A stretch of 64,000 nt of DNA from a virus (lineage: Duplodnaviria > Caudoviricetes), in IMG/VR virus record IMGVR_UViG_3300028048_000085, positions 1 to 64,000 of that record; one strand, given 5' to 3'. The first letter of the stretch is position 1, and each line of letters begins with the position of its first letter. A program made the translations under genes and the position numbers. The notes beneath the pieces are model-generated. The model was not told where the DNA came from. It searched no databases and saw only the letters and a list, made by a program, of their open reading frames with translations. Positions 1-9,610 of the stretch are shown here, piece by piece.

Positions 1-2
1 AA

Positions 3-1676
3 AACTTCAATGGTATTTACAATAATATTGATACATCAACATTGTTAGCAATTGCACTGGAAGGTACAGAAACAATTGTTGAGACTCCAAAGTATAATAC
101 AAACTACAGTAGCTACTATGTATCTCCGGTTACAACACGTTACCAGATGATCAATTCATTGTTTAAGAAAGATCCATTCTATGATACACAATTCCGTTAT
201 TTTATGGATTTTGATCGATCATATCTGTTATCAAAAGATGGTAAAGCTGTACAGGTAGCAAAGGGTACACCACAGAATGTGATTATTGATGTCAAAGATA
301 TTACTGATACAGATGCGTATAAAGAAGGTTTTACAGAAGCCAATGGATCTTATGTTGTATATGTCAACTCTTCTGATGTATCTATTATTGAAAACAATTC
401 TACAGAAAAAGTTACAACAAATATTGTTGCTGTAGATGATGATACATCTGGTACATTGAGTACTGGTATTGATGGAAACACGTCCGAAGATAGTGATACT
501 AAGGTTACATACGTTCGTGGTAATAATGCAAAAGTTGTACGTAATGATATTGAATCGAATAATGTATTGATACAATTAATAAAACGTAATATAGACACAG
601 CAATATTTACACCTAATCGATCCATTACCATTCGTAACTTTGTTGGTAATGAAAAGTTCAATGGTAATTATGTATTACTATCTAAGAAAGAAGTATACAA
701 ATTAGATGCTGGAGAGTTTACGATTGCTTGTACAATATCTCTTTGCCGTGTACCAGATAATGTAGAAGCAGAGATGAAAGAAGCTAAGAAGAAAAAGAGT
801 ACTAAGAAATCTTCTAGTACAACTACGAAATCTACAAAGAAGAATAGTACTACAAAGAATACAACTAAGAAGTCTAAGGCTACTTCTAAAACTGCTACTA
901 TTAAGAAGTCTAGTGCAAAAGCATCTACTAGTACTAAACGTTCAGCTGTTATATCTTCTCAAGATAAAGAAGCTATGAAATTTATACGATCATATCCGTC
1001 TGATATTATTAGAATTTCTAAAGATTATAATATGAGGCTTCTTCTTAGAGCAAACCATCTTGCATATGAGAAATACAAAATGGTTGTAACATTGTTGAAG
1101 AAACTTGGTATTACTACTAAGAAATACAAAGATGAAAAGAAATTCTTATCAGATGTAGAAGCAGCTTGGAAGAAGTATAAGAAAAAACTTGCTGAAGATA
1201 AGAAGAAAAAAGAGGCATCTAATAAGAAGAATGATAAGACTCCATCTACAAATTCTATTGGTGTTGTAGAAGATAGTCAGGATATTCTCGATGATGAGGA
1301 TTATATTGAGGATGATGATGTATATGACGATGATGGTGCTTTAGAAGAATTTGATTCTGATTATGAACGGTATGTATATGCTATGGATATGCTGGAGAGG
1401 GATCCGACACACTACTTAGAGAACTATACATCTACTACAGACCAAACAATCATCAATATTAATGCTCTACTTGAACAATTGGGAATTGATGTAACACTAT
1501 ACATCAATGGAACAAAGCCAATAGAGACATTCTTATCAGATGTAGAAACAGCATATAAACAAATCATTCGTGGAGATGATGAAGATATGCCCGATGATAT
1601 TGATGACGATAATGGGGAATCAGATACACCTATTGATTTACCAGATGATGTGGATGATTCTGATGACGAAGAGTAA
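3..1676 (+). CDS. Hypothetical phage protein, 5'-truncated by the window edge; Lys/Ser/Thr-rich middle and acidic C-terminus, possibly structural
   Basis: Frame is open from position 3 to TAA at 1676; low-complexity K-rich then D/E-rich segments. Confidence 0.6.
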   Translation, partial: NFNGIYNNIDTSTLLAIALEGTETIVETPKYNTNYSSYYVSPVTTRYQMINSLFKKDPFYDTQFRYFMDFDRSYLLSKDGKAVQVAKGTPQNVIIDVKDITDTDAYKEGFTEANGSYVVYVNSSDVSIIENNSTEKVTTNIVAVDDDTSGTLSTGIDGNTSEDSDTKVTYVRGNNAKVVRNDIESNNVLIQLIKRNIDTAIFTPNRSITIRNFVGNEKFNGNYVLLSKKEVYKLDAGEFTIACTISLCRVPDNVEAEMKEAKKKKSTKKSSSTTTKSTKKNSTTKNTTKKSKATSKTATIKKSSAKASTSTKRSAVISSQDKEAMKFIRSYPSDIIRISKDYNMRLLLRANHLAYEKYKMVVTLLKKLGITTKKYKDEKKFLSDVEAAWKKYKKKLAEDKKKKEASNKKNDKTPSTNSIGVVEDSQDILDDEDYIEDDDVYDDDGALEEFDSDYERYVYAMDMLERDPTHYLENYTSTTDQTIININALLEQLGIDVTLYINGTKPIETFLSDVETAYKQIIRGDDEDMPDDIDDDNGESDTPIDLPDDVDDSDDEE

Positions 1677-1680
1677 AATA

Positions 1681-1710
1681 TGGAGTAGAGGCTAACAACC
1701 TCTACTCCAA
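1681..1710. terminator. Bidirectional intrinsic terminator hairpin
   Basis: TGGAGTAGAGG-ctaacaa-CCTCTACTCCA between convergent genes. Confidence 0.7.
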
Positions 1711-1744
1711 TATTCTGTTTGTACAATTCTATAGACGATTTTGT

Positions 1745-3094
1745 TTAGAGTATACTAGCAGCAACTTTACTAAGTTCACTGCGAACACACTCGCTACCAA
1801 TAAATGTTACTTGAGAACAGATCTCTTGACCCTTCATCTTCTCAGCACAATAAACAAGACCATTATTTCTACTGTCTAATTTTACAGAATCAATCTGATC
1901 TGGATCTCCTAGAATAACAACCTTTGTATTCTCGCCAGCTCTAGTAATTAATGTCTTAATAGCAGATGACGTAAGATTCTGACATTCATCAACAACAATT
2001 AATGTATTGTCAATGGAACGTCCTCGTATATATGCCATTGGGCAAATCTCAATATTACCAAGACCCATCTGATCTTCAACATCAGACATACCACCTTTGT
2101 ATAACTTCGATAAGTTATCCATAAATGGTTTTACCAATGGATCCATCTTTTCGTATAAATCTCCAGGGAGTGCTCCTAACTCTTCACCCTCAGGAATCGT
2201 ATTAGATCTAGAGATAATTACTTTATCATATTTACCACACTCTAAAGCATTAACAGCAACAGCCATAGATAGATATGTCTTACCGCATCCAGCTGGACCT
2301 TTCAATATAACTAAAGGTCTATTATCATCCATTAATGCATCTAGAGCAAATCTTTGTCCATTATTACGTGGATGTATACCGATACCATGACCCTTCTTCA
2401 CTTTTGTATCAATTAGTAATAACTCACCATGTCGATATACACCTAATGCAGAACGTTGAGATGGTTGACCAACAGTTGCTTCATCATATAATACAACATA
2501 TTGATTTTCAATTAACTCTCCCTCAATTCGCTCTCCATCTAAACATCCTTTCTGATAGAATTCAGCAATCATATCTGATGGAGCATAATATTCTGCTCTA
2601 CCAGTATAAATGATATCTGTATCAATTCTATCATTTAGATAATCCTGAACTTCAATACCCACAGAACGACACTTATTACGTACATTTGTATCATTCGATA
2701 TCATAATAACTTTTTTACGTGGGTTCTGTTCGATCATTGTCAGACAAGCAGATATAATACAATTATCATACTTTGTCTTGTCCCATCCAACTGGAAGATT
2801 ATCTGTATTCGCAGCTTCTACATCTTCTTTGAATATACCACCGTTCTCCAGCTTGATTCCTTTTTCCGGATTTCCATTTTCACATAATCGATCAATGAAC
2901 TTATCAGCCATTCTAGCACCATAACGAGTTTCACTAGACTTATATCGATTATTCTTAATATTATCCAATTCCTCTAATACCACATGAGAAATTACTACAA
3001 TATTATCTTCAAATCCGATAATCGCTTCTCCGTTCGTTTTCACCAGGATGTTTGTATCTAATACATATATTTTCTTAGATTTCAATACCTTCAC
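1745..3094 (-). CDS. phoH: PIN-domain PhoH-family ATPase (PhoH2/YlaK-like)
   Basis: N-terminal PIN motif YVLDTNILV..VLEELD..D..I; Walker A GPAGCGKT; RGRS, IVVDECQN and LGDPDQID PhoH motifs. Confidence 0.92.
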   Translation of the reverse strand: MKVLKSKKIYVLDTNILVKTNGEAIIGFEDNIVVISHVVLEELDNIKNNRYKSSETRYGARMADKFIDRLCENGNPEKGIKLENGGIFKEDVEAANTDNLPVGWDKTKYDNCIISACLTMIEQNPRKKVIMISNDTNVRNKCRSVGIEVQDYLNDRIDTDIIYTGRAEYYAPSDMIAEFYQKGCLDGERIEGELIENQYVVLYDEATVGQPSQRSALGVYRHGELLLIDTKVKKGHGIGIHPRNNGQRFALDALMDDNRPLVILKGPAGCGKTYLSMAVAVNALECGKYDKVIISRSNTIPEGEELGALPGDLYEKMDPLVKPFMDNLSKLYKGGMSDVEDQMGLGNIEICPMAYIRGRSIDNTLIVVDECQNLTSSAIKTLITRAGENTKVVILGDPDQIDSVKLDSRNNGLVYCAEKMKGQEICSQVTFIGSECVRSELSKVAASIL

Positions 3095-3144
3095 CTACCT
3101 ATCTAAAAGGATTGGTTGTCTATAGATTGTACTATTACTAAAGT

Positions 3145-3720
3145 GTGCATGGTATATCGGAACAAACAATTATCAACTATCAGAGTGGATATAATAGTGG
3201 TATTAGTTATGCTGATAGTAGAGTAAATGAGAGTAGTATTAATTATAGTACTGGATATAATAATGGTATCAACTATGCTGATGGCAGAGTAAACACTAGT
3301 AGTAGTAGCTATAATAGTGGATATAGTAACGGGAAAAATATTATATCTACATTGACAAAAGGAGAATTACTTTTGATGCTTTTCTTTAATGATCCGAGTG
3401 CGTATAAGACGGTTACTCAAGATGAATATAAAAATACAAAGGTAGAATATAATGGTGTTAATCAGATAGATTTCTCACGTATATCATCTATTACAATTCA
3501 CACTGATAACATCGGATGGTCAGGTAATTATTATAGAGTATATTTTGGAGGAAATCAGCTGGAACCTGTGTATTTTGATAAAGATGCAACCATTAGCAAT
3601 GGTCATACTAATAATAATTTGTCTGTCGTTGACCAATATGGGAATTTGTCAAGTTATACAATCAAATCTTTCACCACAACCGATGGTAAAGTTCACTCAC
3701 CATCTAATTTAAATTATTAA
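3145..3720 (+). CDS. Variable cassette protein, 5'-truncated copy (GYNxG-YAD repeats, variable domain, FTTTDGKVH end)
   Basis: About 3171-3355 is near-identical to the 5065 paralog but lacks its MSLRVSNNNG start; shares the conserved C-terminal motif. Confidence 0.65.
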   Translation: MHGISEQTIINYQSGYNSGISYADSRVNESSINYSTGYNNGINYADGRVNTSSSSYNSGYSNGKNIISTLTKGELLLMLFFNDPSAYKTVTQDEYKNTKVEYNGVNQIDFSRISSITIHTDNIGWSGNYYRVYFGGNQLEPVYFDKDATISNGHTNNNLSVVDQYGNLSSYTIKSFTTTDGKVHSPSNLNY

Positions 3721-3839
3721 ATATCATATCATAATATTTCTTATTATATATTCACCCCTGGTGGTTAATAATACACATCATTATACTAGTAAGAGTAGTA
3801 CTCTTACTAGTATAATATTCCAAAACATTAATGTTATTA

Positions 3840-4160
3840 TTTCTTTCCTGTTGATATATACCTTTCATAATTATAGCGCAACCCATATAAATTATTGCAT
3901 TACTAGTATCATTGTTACACCATCCATAATATGAATAGAGTTATCTTACACTGTTGCCATACCATAAGAAAAATCGTAAGGTAAATCGGAGAGTTGTACC
4001 CATGTATCATTATTCAGTTTGTAATGATATTGAGGCCATCCAGCCGAACCATAATTGTCACTCATAATATGAATTTCGTTATCCACAACAACCCACAGAA
4101 CCAAACTTAAAATGTGCAGGCAATGTAACAGAGCCAACCAGGAGCCATAATATTTCCTCC
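3840..4160 (-). pseudogene. Degenerate kelch-repeat-like fragment, inverted copy of 5720-6032
   Basis: VVDNEIHIM / LSDLPYDFSYGMATV motifs; frameshift and premature TAA relative to the other copy. Confidence 0.6.
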
Positions 4161-4164
4161 TGCT

Positions 4165-4767
4165 TTAATAATTGAAATTGTCTGCTGTATGTTCTTTACC
4201 ATCTTTGGTAGTGAATGATATTATTGGGGAAATGTTATTTGCAACAAATCTAGCATTAGTATTATCGCCATTCACATTATAAGTTTGTATGCCGTTATAT
4301 GTACTATTATAGGTCACATTTGATATTCTTGATAAATCGGCACGCATTCCACCATCGTCTGCATATAGTGGATTATGACTTCCTGCTATAAGTAATTGTC
4401 CCTCGTTAATAACCATTCCACCACCATATCCATTATTATAATTATACTTCATAAGATATAGTAAAAATAGTTCTCCACTCGTCAATGTAGATAAAACATT
4501 TTTTCCCTTACTATATCCAATATTATACCCACTAGTATAATTAACACTACTCTCATTTACTCTACCATCAGCATAGTTGATACCATTATTATATCCAGTA
4601 CTATAATTAATACTACTCTCATTTACTCTACTATCAGCATAACTAATACCACTATTATATCCACTCTGATAGTTGATACTATTAGTGTTCACTCTACCAT
4701 CAGCATAGTTAATACCATCATCATATCCGATAGTATAACCGTTATTATTACTAACTCTTAAACTCAT
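4165..4767 (-). CDS. Variable cassette protein (22-aa GYNxGIxYADxRVN repeats plus variable domain)
   Basis: ATG with AGGAGG RBS; N-terminal ~70 aa identical to 5065..5715; ends FTTKDGKEHTADNFNY. Confidence 0.8.
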   Translation of the reverse strand: MSLRVSNNNGYTIGYDDGINYADGRVNTNSINYQSGYNSGISYADSRVNESSINYSTGYNNGINYADGRVNESSVNYTSGYNIGYSKGKNVLSTLTSGELFLLYLMKYNYNNGYGGGMVINEGQLLIAGSHNPLYADDGGMRADLSRISNVTYNSTYNGIQTYNVNGDNTNARFVANNISPIISFTTKDGKEHTADNFNY

Positions 4768-5064
4768 ATAATATAACCTCCTATTATATATTTTTTAGTA
4801 GTAAAATTATTATATCTATTTCTTGTTTATGGTTTCCTGAGCCTTAGGCGTCTAATCTTTACACCTATTGACTTATACTTATAACACGATAAAATAACGT
4901 GTTTTGCTTTAATTATATGTGCGAATATTAGTATTAAACAAAGATACAAAAATCGACGAGGTTCATGCTCGTCGATTTTCCGTCTACTAGTGATATATGA
5001 AAAAAAATAAAACCGAAATAATAACTAGAATTATATATAAACCAAGTATCAGGACATATATTAT

Positions 5065-5715
5065 ATGAGTTTAAGAGTTAGTAATAATAACGGTTATACT
5101 ATCGGATATGATGATGGTATTAACTATGCTGATGGTAGAGTGAACACTAATAGTATCAACTATCAGAGTGGATATAATAGTGGTATTAGTTATGCTGATA
5201 GTAGAGTAAATGAGAGTAGTATTAATTATAGTACTGGATATAATAATGGTATCAACTATGCTGATGGCAGAGTAAACACTAGTAGTAGTAGCTATAATAG
5301 TGGATATAGTAACGGGAAAAATATTATATCTACATTGACTAGTGGGGAGAAAGCATTTATCGGGTTGTTATTTACGCCTATAGCGATCGGGTATCAATCG
5401 AAAACAATTATTGGTGGAACGACATATCAACAATGGACCCCGAGCGGCTATGAACGGGTTTACAATATGTCCTTAGATTTATCAAAAATAACAAGTGTGA
5501 ATTTTTCTACCAATGGATCAGTAACAATATATTGGATAGTTGGTAACAATAAAATTGGGTATTTATCTAACAATGGCTCTAATCCAGTAACCTCTGGTGC
5601 AAAAGGTATACTGATGGAGACTGGTGCGATTGATGATGATGCTACAGAATTTCAGATTACATCATTCACCACAACAGATGGTAAAGTTCACACAGCGGAT
5701 AATTTAAATTACTAA
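5065..5715 (+). CDS. Variable cassette protein (22-aa repeats plus variable domain)
   Basis: ORF; N-terminus identical to 4165..4767; ends FTTTDGKVHTADNLNY. Confidence 0.8.
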   Translation: MSLRVSNNNGYTIGYDDGINYADGRVNTNSINYQSGYNSGISYADSRVNESSINYSTGYNNGINYADGRVNTSSSSYNSGYSNGKNIISTLTSGEKAFIGLLFTPIAIGYQSKTIIGGTTYQQWTPSGYERVYNMSLDLSKITSVNFSTNGSVTIYWIVGNNKIGYLSNNGSNPVTSGAKGILMETGAIDDDATEFQITSFTTTDGKVHTADNLNY

Positions 5716-5719
5716 GGGT

Positions 5720-6032
5720 ATAATATAGCTCAACCTGGGCTGGCTCTGTTACATTACCTACACATTTTAAGTATGGTTCAGCGGTTGTTGTAGATGACGA
5801 AATTCATATTATGGGTGGTAATTATAATTCGGCTGGATATCCTCATTATCATTTCAAATTGAATAATACATGGATACAACTCTCTGATTTACCTTACGAT
5901 TTTTCTTATGGTATGGCAACAGTACAAGATAACTCTATTCATATTATGAGTGGTAGTAACAATAATACTGGTAATGCAATAGTTCATATAGACCATGATA
6001 TAATTATGAAAGGTACATATACCAGTTATTAA
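5720..6032 (+). pseudogene. Headless kelch-repeat-like C-terminal fragment
   Basis: Frame reads LPTHFKYGSAVVVDDEIHIMGG...LPYDFSYGMATVQDNSIHIMSG (two kelch-like repeats) with no start codon before the first repeat. Confidence 0.55.
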
Positions 6033-6193
6033 TCAGTAAATAGTTAAGGGACCAACATATCAATGGGAGAGAATAATTACATTAGTGTTTTGGAATGTTA
6101 TGCTAGTAAGAGTACTACTCTTACTAGCATAGTGATGTGTATTATTAACCAATACAATTAGCTCTTAGGACTACAAATCCTAAGAGCTATATA

Positions 6194-6647
6194 TTAGTAA
6201 TTCAAATTATCAGCGGTGTGTACTTTACCATCTGTGGTAGTAAACGATGTTACTTTTAATGTACAAGATAAAGAATTGGTAGTGGATATTAAAAACGCAC
6301 AACGTGAATTATCTCCACTCGGTGCACTTATCGAAAAAGAATTATCTCCAGAAAAATTGGTACTCGTTGATGTAGAATCATTCATCCATCGCACACATCC
6401 ATCATGTGTTTGCCCAAAAGCTTTGAACGAAATTTGTGAAATCTTACTCATGTCAATACCTTTTTTCACATTATATTCAAAAGCTGCATTATCATAACCA
6501 AAGTGAACAAGTGCATTACTTGAATAATCAGTCCCAATAAGATAAATATATCCTGTTCTCAAAAGGGAGCAAAGCAATAATTCTCCACTTGTTAAATCCT
6601 TAATAATTCCCCCCCCCCCCGATGGGAGTTATCACTGATGTAGCCAT
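6194..6647 (-). CDS. Poly-G cassette gene, out of frame as assembled (G12)
   Basis: ATG GCT ACA TCA GTG ATA ACT CCC ATC G12 AAT TAT TAA; G11 would read into GIIKDLTSGELLL...FTTTDGKVHTADNLNY. Confidence 0.75.
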
Positions 6648-6686
6648 AGAATTCTCCTTTCTACTATGACACAAGTTGTCATAGAT

Positions 6687-7055
6687 TTAATCCATTGGTT
6701 CATATTCATAAATATAACCCGACCTATCTTGGTTGTCGCTAGTTGCATTTATTTTAATACTACCAAAGCTAGGAATAGATACATATTTAGTACATTGGTT
6801 TGAAGTTGAACTTGTATCAAATTCAAAGGTAGTTTTGTAAAAATGAGAGGGCTGAATCTCTACTCCGTCCAACCAAATTTTATCAAAATGATACCCCACC
6901 CTCAGTATATCGGAATTATAAACAATAAGATTTCCGTTCTTAGTTGGAGTAAATGTTTCAGATTGTCCTATACCAATATTTACTCGTGTTACACTTTTTA
7001 ACTTATATTTACCCCCCCCCCCGATAATTGGGTTAGTTATTACTGATGTAGCCAT
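6687..7055 (-). CDS. Poly-G cassette gene, in frame (G11); different C-terminal domain
   Basis: MATSVITNPIIGGGG start; C11 run at 7012-7022. Confidence 0.75.
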   Translation of the reverse strand: MATSVITNPIIGGGGKYKLKSVTRVNIGIGQSETFTPTKNGNLIVYNSDILRVGYHFDKIWLDGVEIQPSHFYKTTFEFDTSSTSNQCTKYVSIPSFGSIKINATSDNQDRSGYIYEYEPMD

Positions 7056-7070
7056 AATACATTTCCTTTC

Positions 7071-7479
7071 TTAGTAATTTAAATTATCTGCTGTGTGAAC
7101 TTTACCATCTGTGGTGGTAAAAGAATTGATTACCCATTTCACTGGAAACTCTATATTAACAGCTATATCTGAAGATATTGGTGTTAAATTGTGAGTTTCA
7201 GGACCATAACTGTTATATGGAAATTGCACAGTACTTCCAAAAATGGTTAACTTTGGCATATTTTGTAAGTGTTTATGATCACATTCCAGAGAAACATTGA
7301 TTGTCTGGACAGTATTACTACTAAATGGTACGGGTATTGTTTCTCTGACAATATAACCATTAGTACCCTCTTTATATATATATTTCCGTCCAAGCATTCC
7401 GATCAAGAACCGTTCCATCTCTATCAAATCTTCAATATTTACCCCCCCCCCCTATGGGAGTTACTACTGTTGTAGCCAT
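7071..7479 (-). CDS. Poly-G cassette gene, out of frame as assembled (G11)
   Basis: MATTVVTPI-G11 then AAA TAT TGA; G10 would read VNIEDLIEMERF...FTTTDGKVHTADNLNY. Confidence 0.75.
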
Positions 7480-7493
7480 AAAACTATCCTTTC

Positions 7494-7874
7494 TTAGTAA
7501 TTTAAATTGTCTACCGTGTGAACTTTACCATCTGTTGTGGTGAACTGTGTACAAATTACATAATATGAGCCGTTACTAAACTGTATTTGATACATTGCAT
7601 TATTGCTAACGTCTGTAAAATTGTAAGTACGTATCAAAGTGTCTATTGTGTTGTGTATTTCAAAATTCATTTCTGATACATTCGACAAATCAACTCTCAT
7701 TCCCGTATAGTTGGTATTATTGTAATTCAATCCATATATATAAATATCCCCCGATTCATACTCTGTCCGAGTATATCTTGTTCTCAAAAGATTGATTAAC
7801 AGTAACTCACCACTTGTCAAATCCTTAATATTTACCCCCCCCCCTACGATGGGAGTTACTACTGATGTTGCCAT
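7494..7874 (-). CDS. Poly-G cassette gene, in frame (G10)
   Basis: MATSVVTPIVGGGVNIKDLTSGELLL...FTTTDGKVHTVDNLNY; C10 run at 7835-7844. Confidence 0.8.
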   Translation of the reverse strand: MATSVVTPIVGGGVNIKDLTSGELLLINLLRTRYTRTEYESGDIYIYGLNYNNTNYTGMRVDLSNVSEMNFEIHNTIDTLIRTYNFTDVSNNAMYQIQFSNGSYYVICTQFTTTDGKVHTVDNLNY

Positions 7875-7886
7875 TATTCTCGCCTC

Positions 7887-8305
7887 CTAATAATTCAAAT
7901 TGTCTGCCGTGTGAACTTTACCGTCGGTTGTGGTGAATGAAGTAAATTGAACGTTTGCAAATGTAATTGAACCAGTATCAAATAACATACCTTTTGCACC
8001 AGAGGGTACTTGTACATTACCAAAATAATAACTTATATCCTTAATACTGTTACCGCCAGCATCTACCCAATGCATTGTTAGTCCACTCCTAGCATCACCA
8101 CTAGCAGATATATTTACACTTGTTATTTTTGATAAATCTAAGGACATAGTATAAGAATATCCTTGTATTCCCCCAATGGCTATATGCGAATTACCATTGA
8201 TCGATATAGGCGTAAATAACAACCCGATAAATGCTTTCTCACCACTTGTAAGTTTCGTCAAGTTAGTACCCCCCCCCCTATGGGAGTTATTACTGATGTA
8301 GCCAT
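7887..8305 (-). CDS. Poly-G cassette gene, out of frame as assembled (G10)
   Basis: MATSVITPI-G10 then reaches TGA; G11 would read GTNLTKLTSGEKAF...FTTTDGKVHTADNLNY. Confidence 0.75.
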
Positions 8306-8438
8306 AATATCCTTTCTACTATGACAACTTGTGTCATAGATTTAATTTTCTTTACTTACTATTCCATTTGTAATGATTAGTATGAATAACGTAATCACCC
8401 AAATACTATATCTCTTTATTATTTTCCGTTTATAATTA

Positions 8439-9353
8439 TTAGACAATCTTCTTGTCTAATAATTTTCTAAATGCTTTGCTTAATATTGGTTTATTGTTAT
8501 CTACAATACCCCATGCTTCGGTAATAGGATACTCATATGACCAATATGCTTTACCATTAGTACCCCAATCAGATCCATAAGAATTGATTAAGAATAATCC
8601 ATCCTTATTCCATCCGATACATGTCATTGCATGATATCCAGTAATAGCTCCCCAATCATGATCTTTATCATAATCAGAAAAATATGCCATTGGTGTCTTC
8701 TTAGACTCATCATCATATGTATGCCACTCTGGATCAGCATTCTCATAACATGGTACTACTACCAATGCAGAACCAGTTGCATATACACATCGCTTGATTT
8801 CTTCAATACCATTCAACTGATAATATGAGGATGGTCTAAACTTTTTAGCTATTTTGTCAAGATCTTTCTTGTGAGCTTCATACTGTTTGTTACACTTATT
8901 ATACTCACCAATTGTCTTGAAGTTCTTAAAACTACAAACACCATGAGCTACTAAATCTGATAATGCATCACGGATTGTCATACCATATCCATTTTTAGTA
9001 GTAACTGTACTACGATGTCCATAGATATATGCTGGAGAGAACTGACCAGTAATCTTAGACTGCTTTGTCTCTGTGATGAATCTCATCATAGATAAAGAGC
9101 ATGCAACACACATTCCTGCACTGCCCTGATTAAATACATCTTTAGAATGTACCACCATAGACTTATAAGTCTTAGGTAATGGTTTCTCAGCAGTTAATCT
9201 ACGAACAACTGGTTCTGGTGCAGATGCATCATCAATATCTTTGATCGTATAATCTCTTATATCTTCCGGTGAAGGAATAATATAAGAATAATCTCTCTTA
9301 GATCTACCAGCATTTTTAAACCCTTTACGACGAGTTTTATTAATATCAGCCAT
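8439..9353 (-). CDS. Papain-like C1 family cysteine peptidase
   Basis: NQGSAGMCVACS (Gln/Cys), YHAMTCIGW (His), INSYGSDWGTNG (Asn) motifs. Confidence 0.85.
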   Translation of the reverse strand: MADINKTRRKGFKNAGRSKRDYSYIIPSPEDIRDYTIKDIDDASAPEPVVRRLTAEKPLPKTYKSMVVHSKDVFNQGSAGMCVACSLSMMRFITETKQSKITGQFSPAYIYGHRSTVTTKNGYGMTIRDALSDLVAHGVCSFKNFKTIGEYNKCNKQYEAHKKDLDKIAKKFRPSSYYQLNGIEEIKRCVYATGSALVVVPCYENADPEWHTYDDESKKTPMAYFSDYDKDHDWGAITGYHAMTCIGWNKDGLFLINSYGSDWGTNGKAYWSYEYPITEAWGIVDNNKPILSKAFRKLLDKKIV

Positions 9354-9546
9354 ATAGATAACATCACCTTTCTTTCAAACTATCCGTCACATACATAGTT
9401 CACGAGTATTCATCAATAAAGAGATATTCACATTTATTCTTATGTTGATATAGCACCAATGATTTAGAATAAATAAAAATCTGATACGATTTTATCCATA
9501 TTATCACCAAATAACTCTATAAAACACATTATTTTACAACAAAATA

Positions 9547-9572
9547 GGTGAGTAGTAATATTACTACTCACC
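9547..9572 (-). terminator. Hairpin downstream of the DGR target gene
   Basis: GGTGAGTAGTAAT-ATTACTACTCACC followed by a T-run on the minus strand. Confidence 0.65.
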
Positions 9573-9610
9573 ATAAACGACCATAATTATTTATAAAGTA
9601 TCACCCTCTC

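Larger units (their letters stand above)
3763..6151. repeat. About 1-kb imperfect inverted duplication (3763-4767 vs 5065-6151) around a 297-bp unique core
   Basis: Gene starts, kelch fragments and the hairpin CTAGTAAGAGTA-TACTCTTACTAG are mirrored; only the central variable domains differ. Confidence 0.85.
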
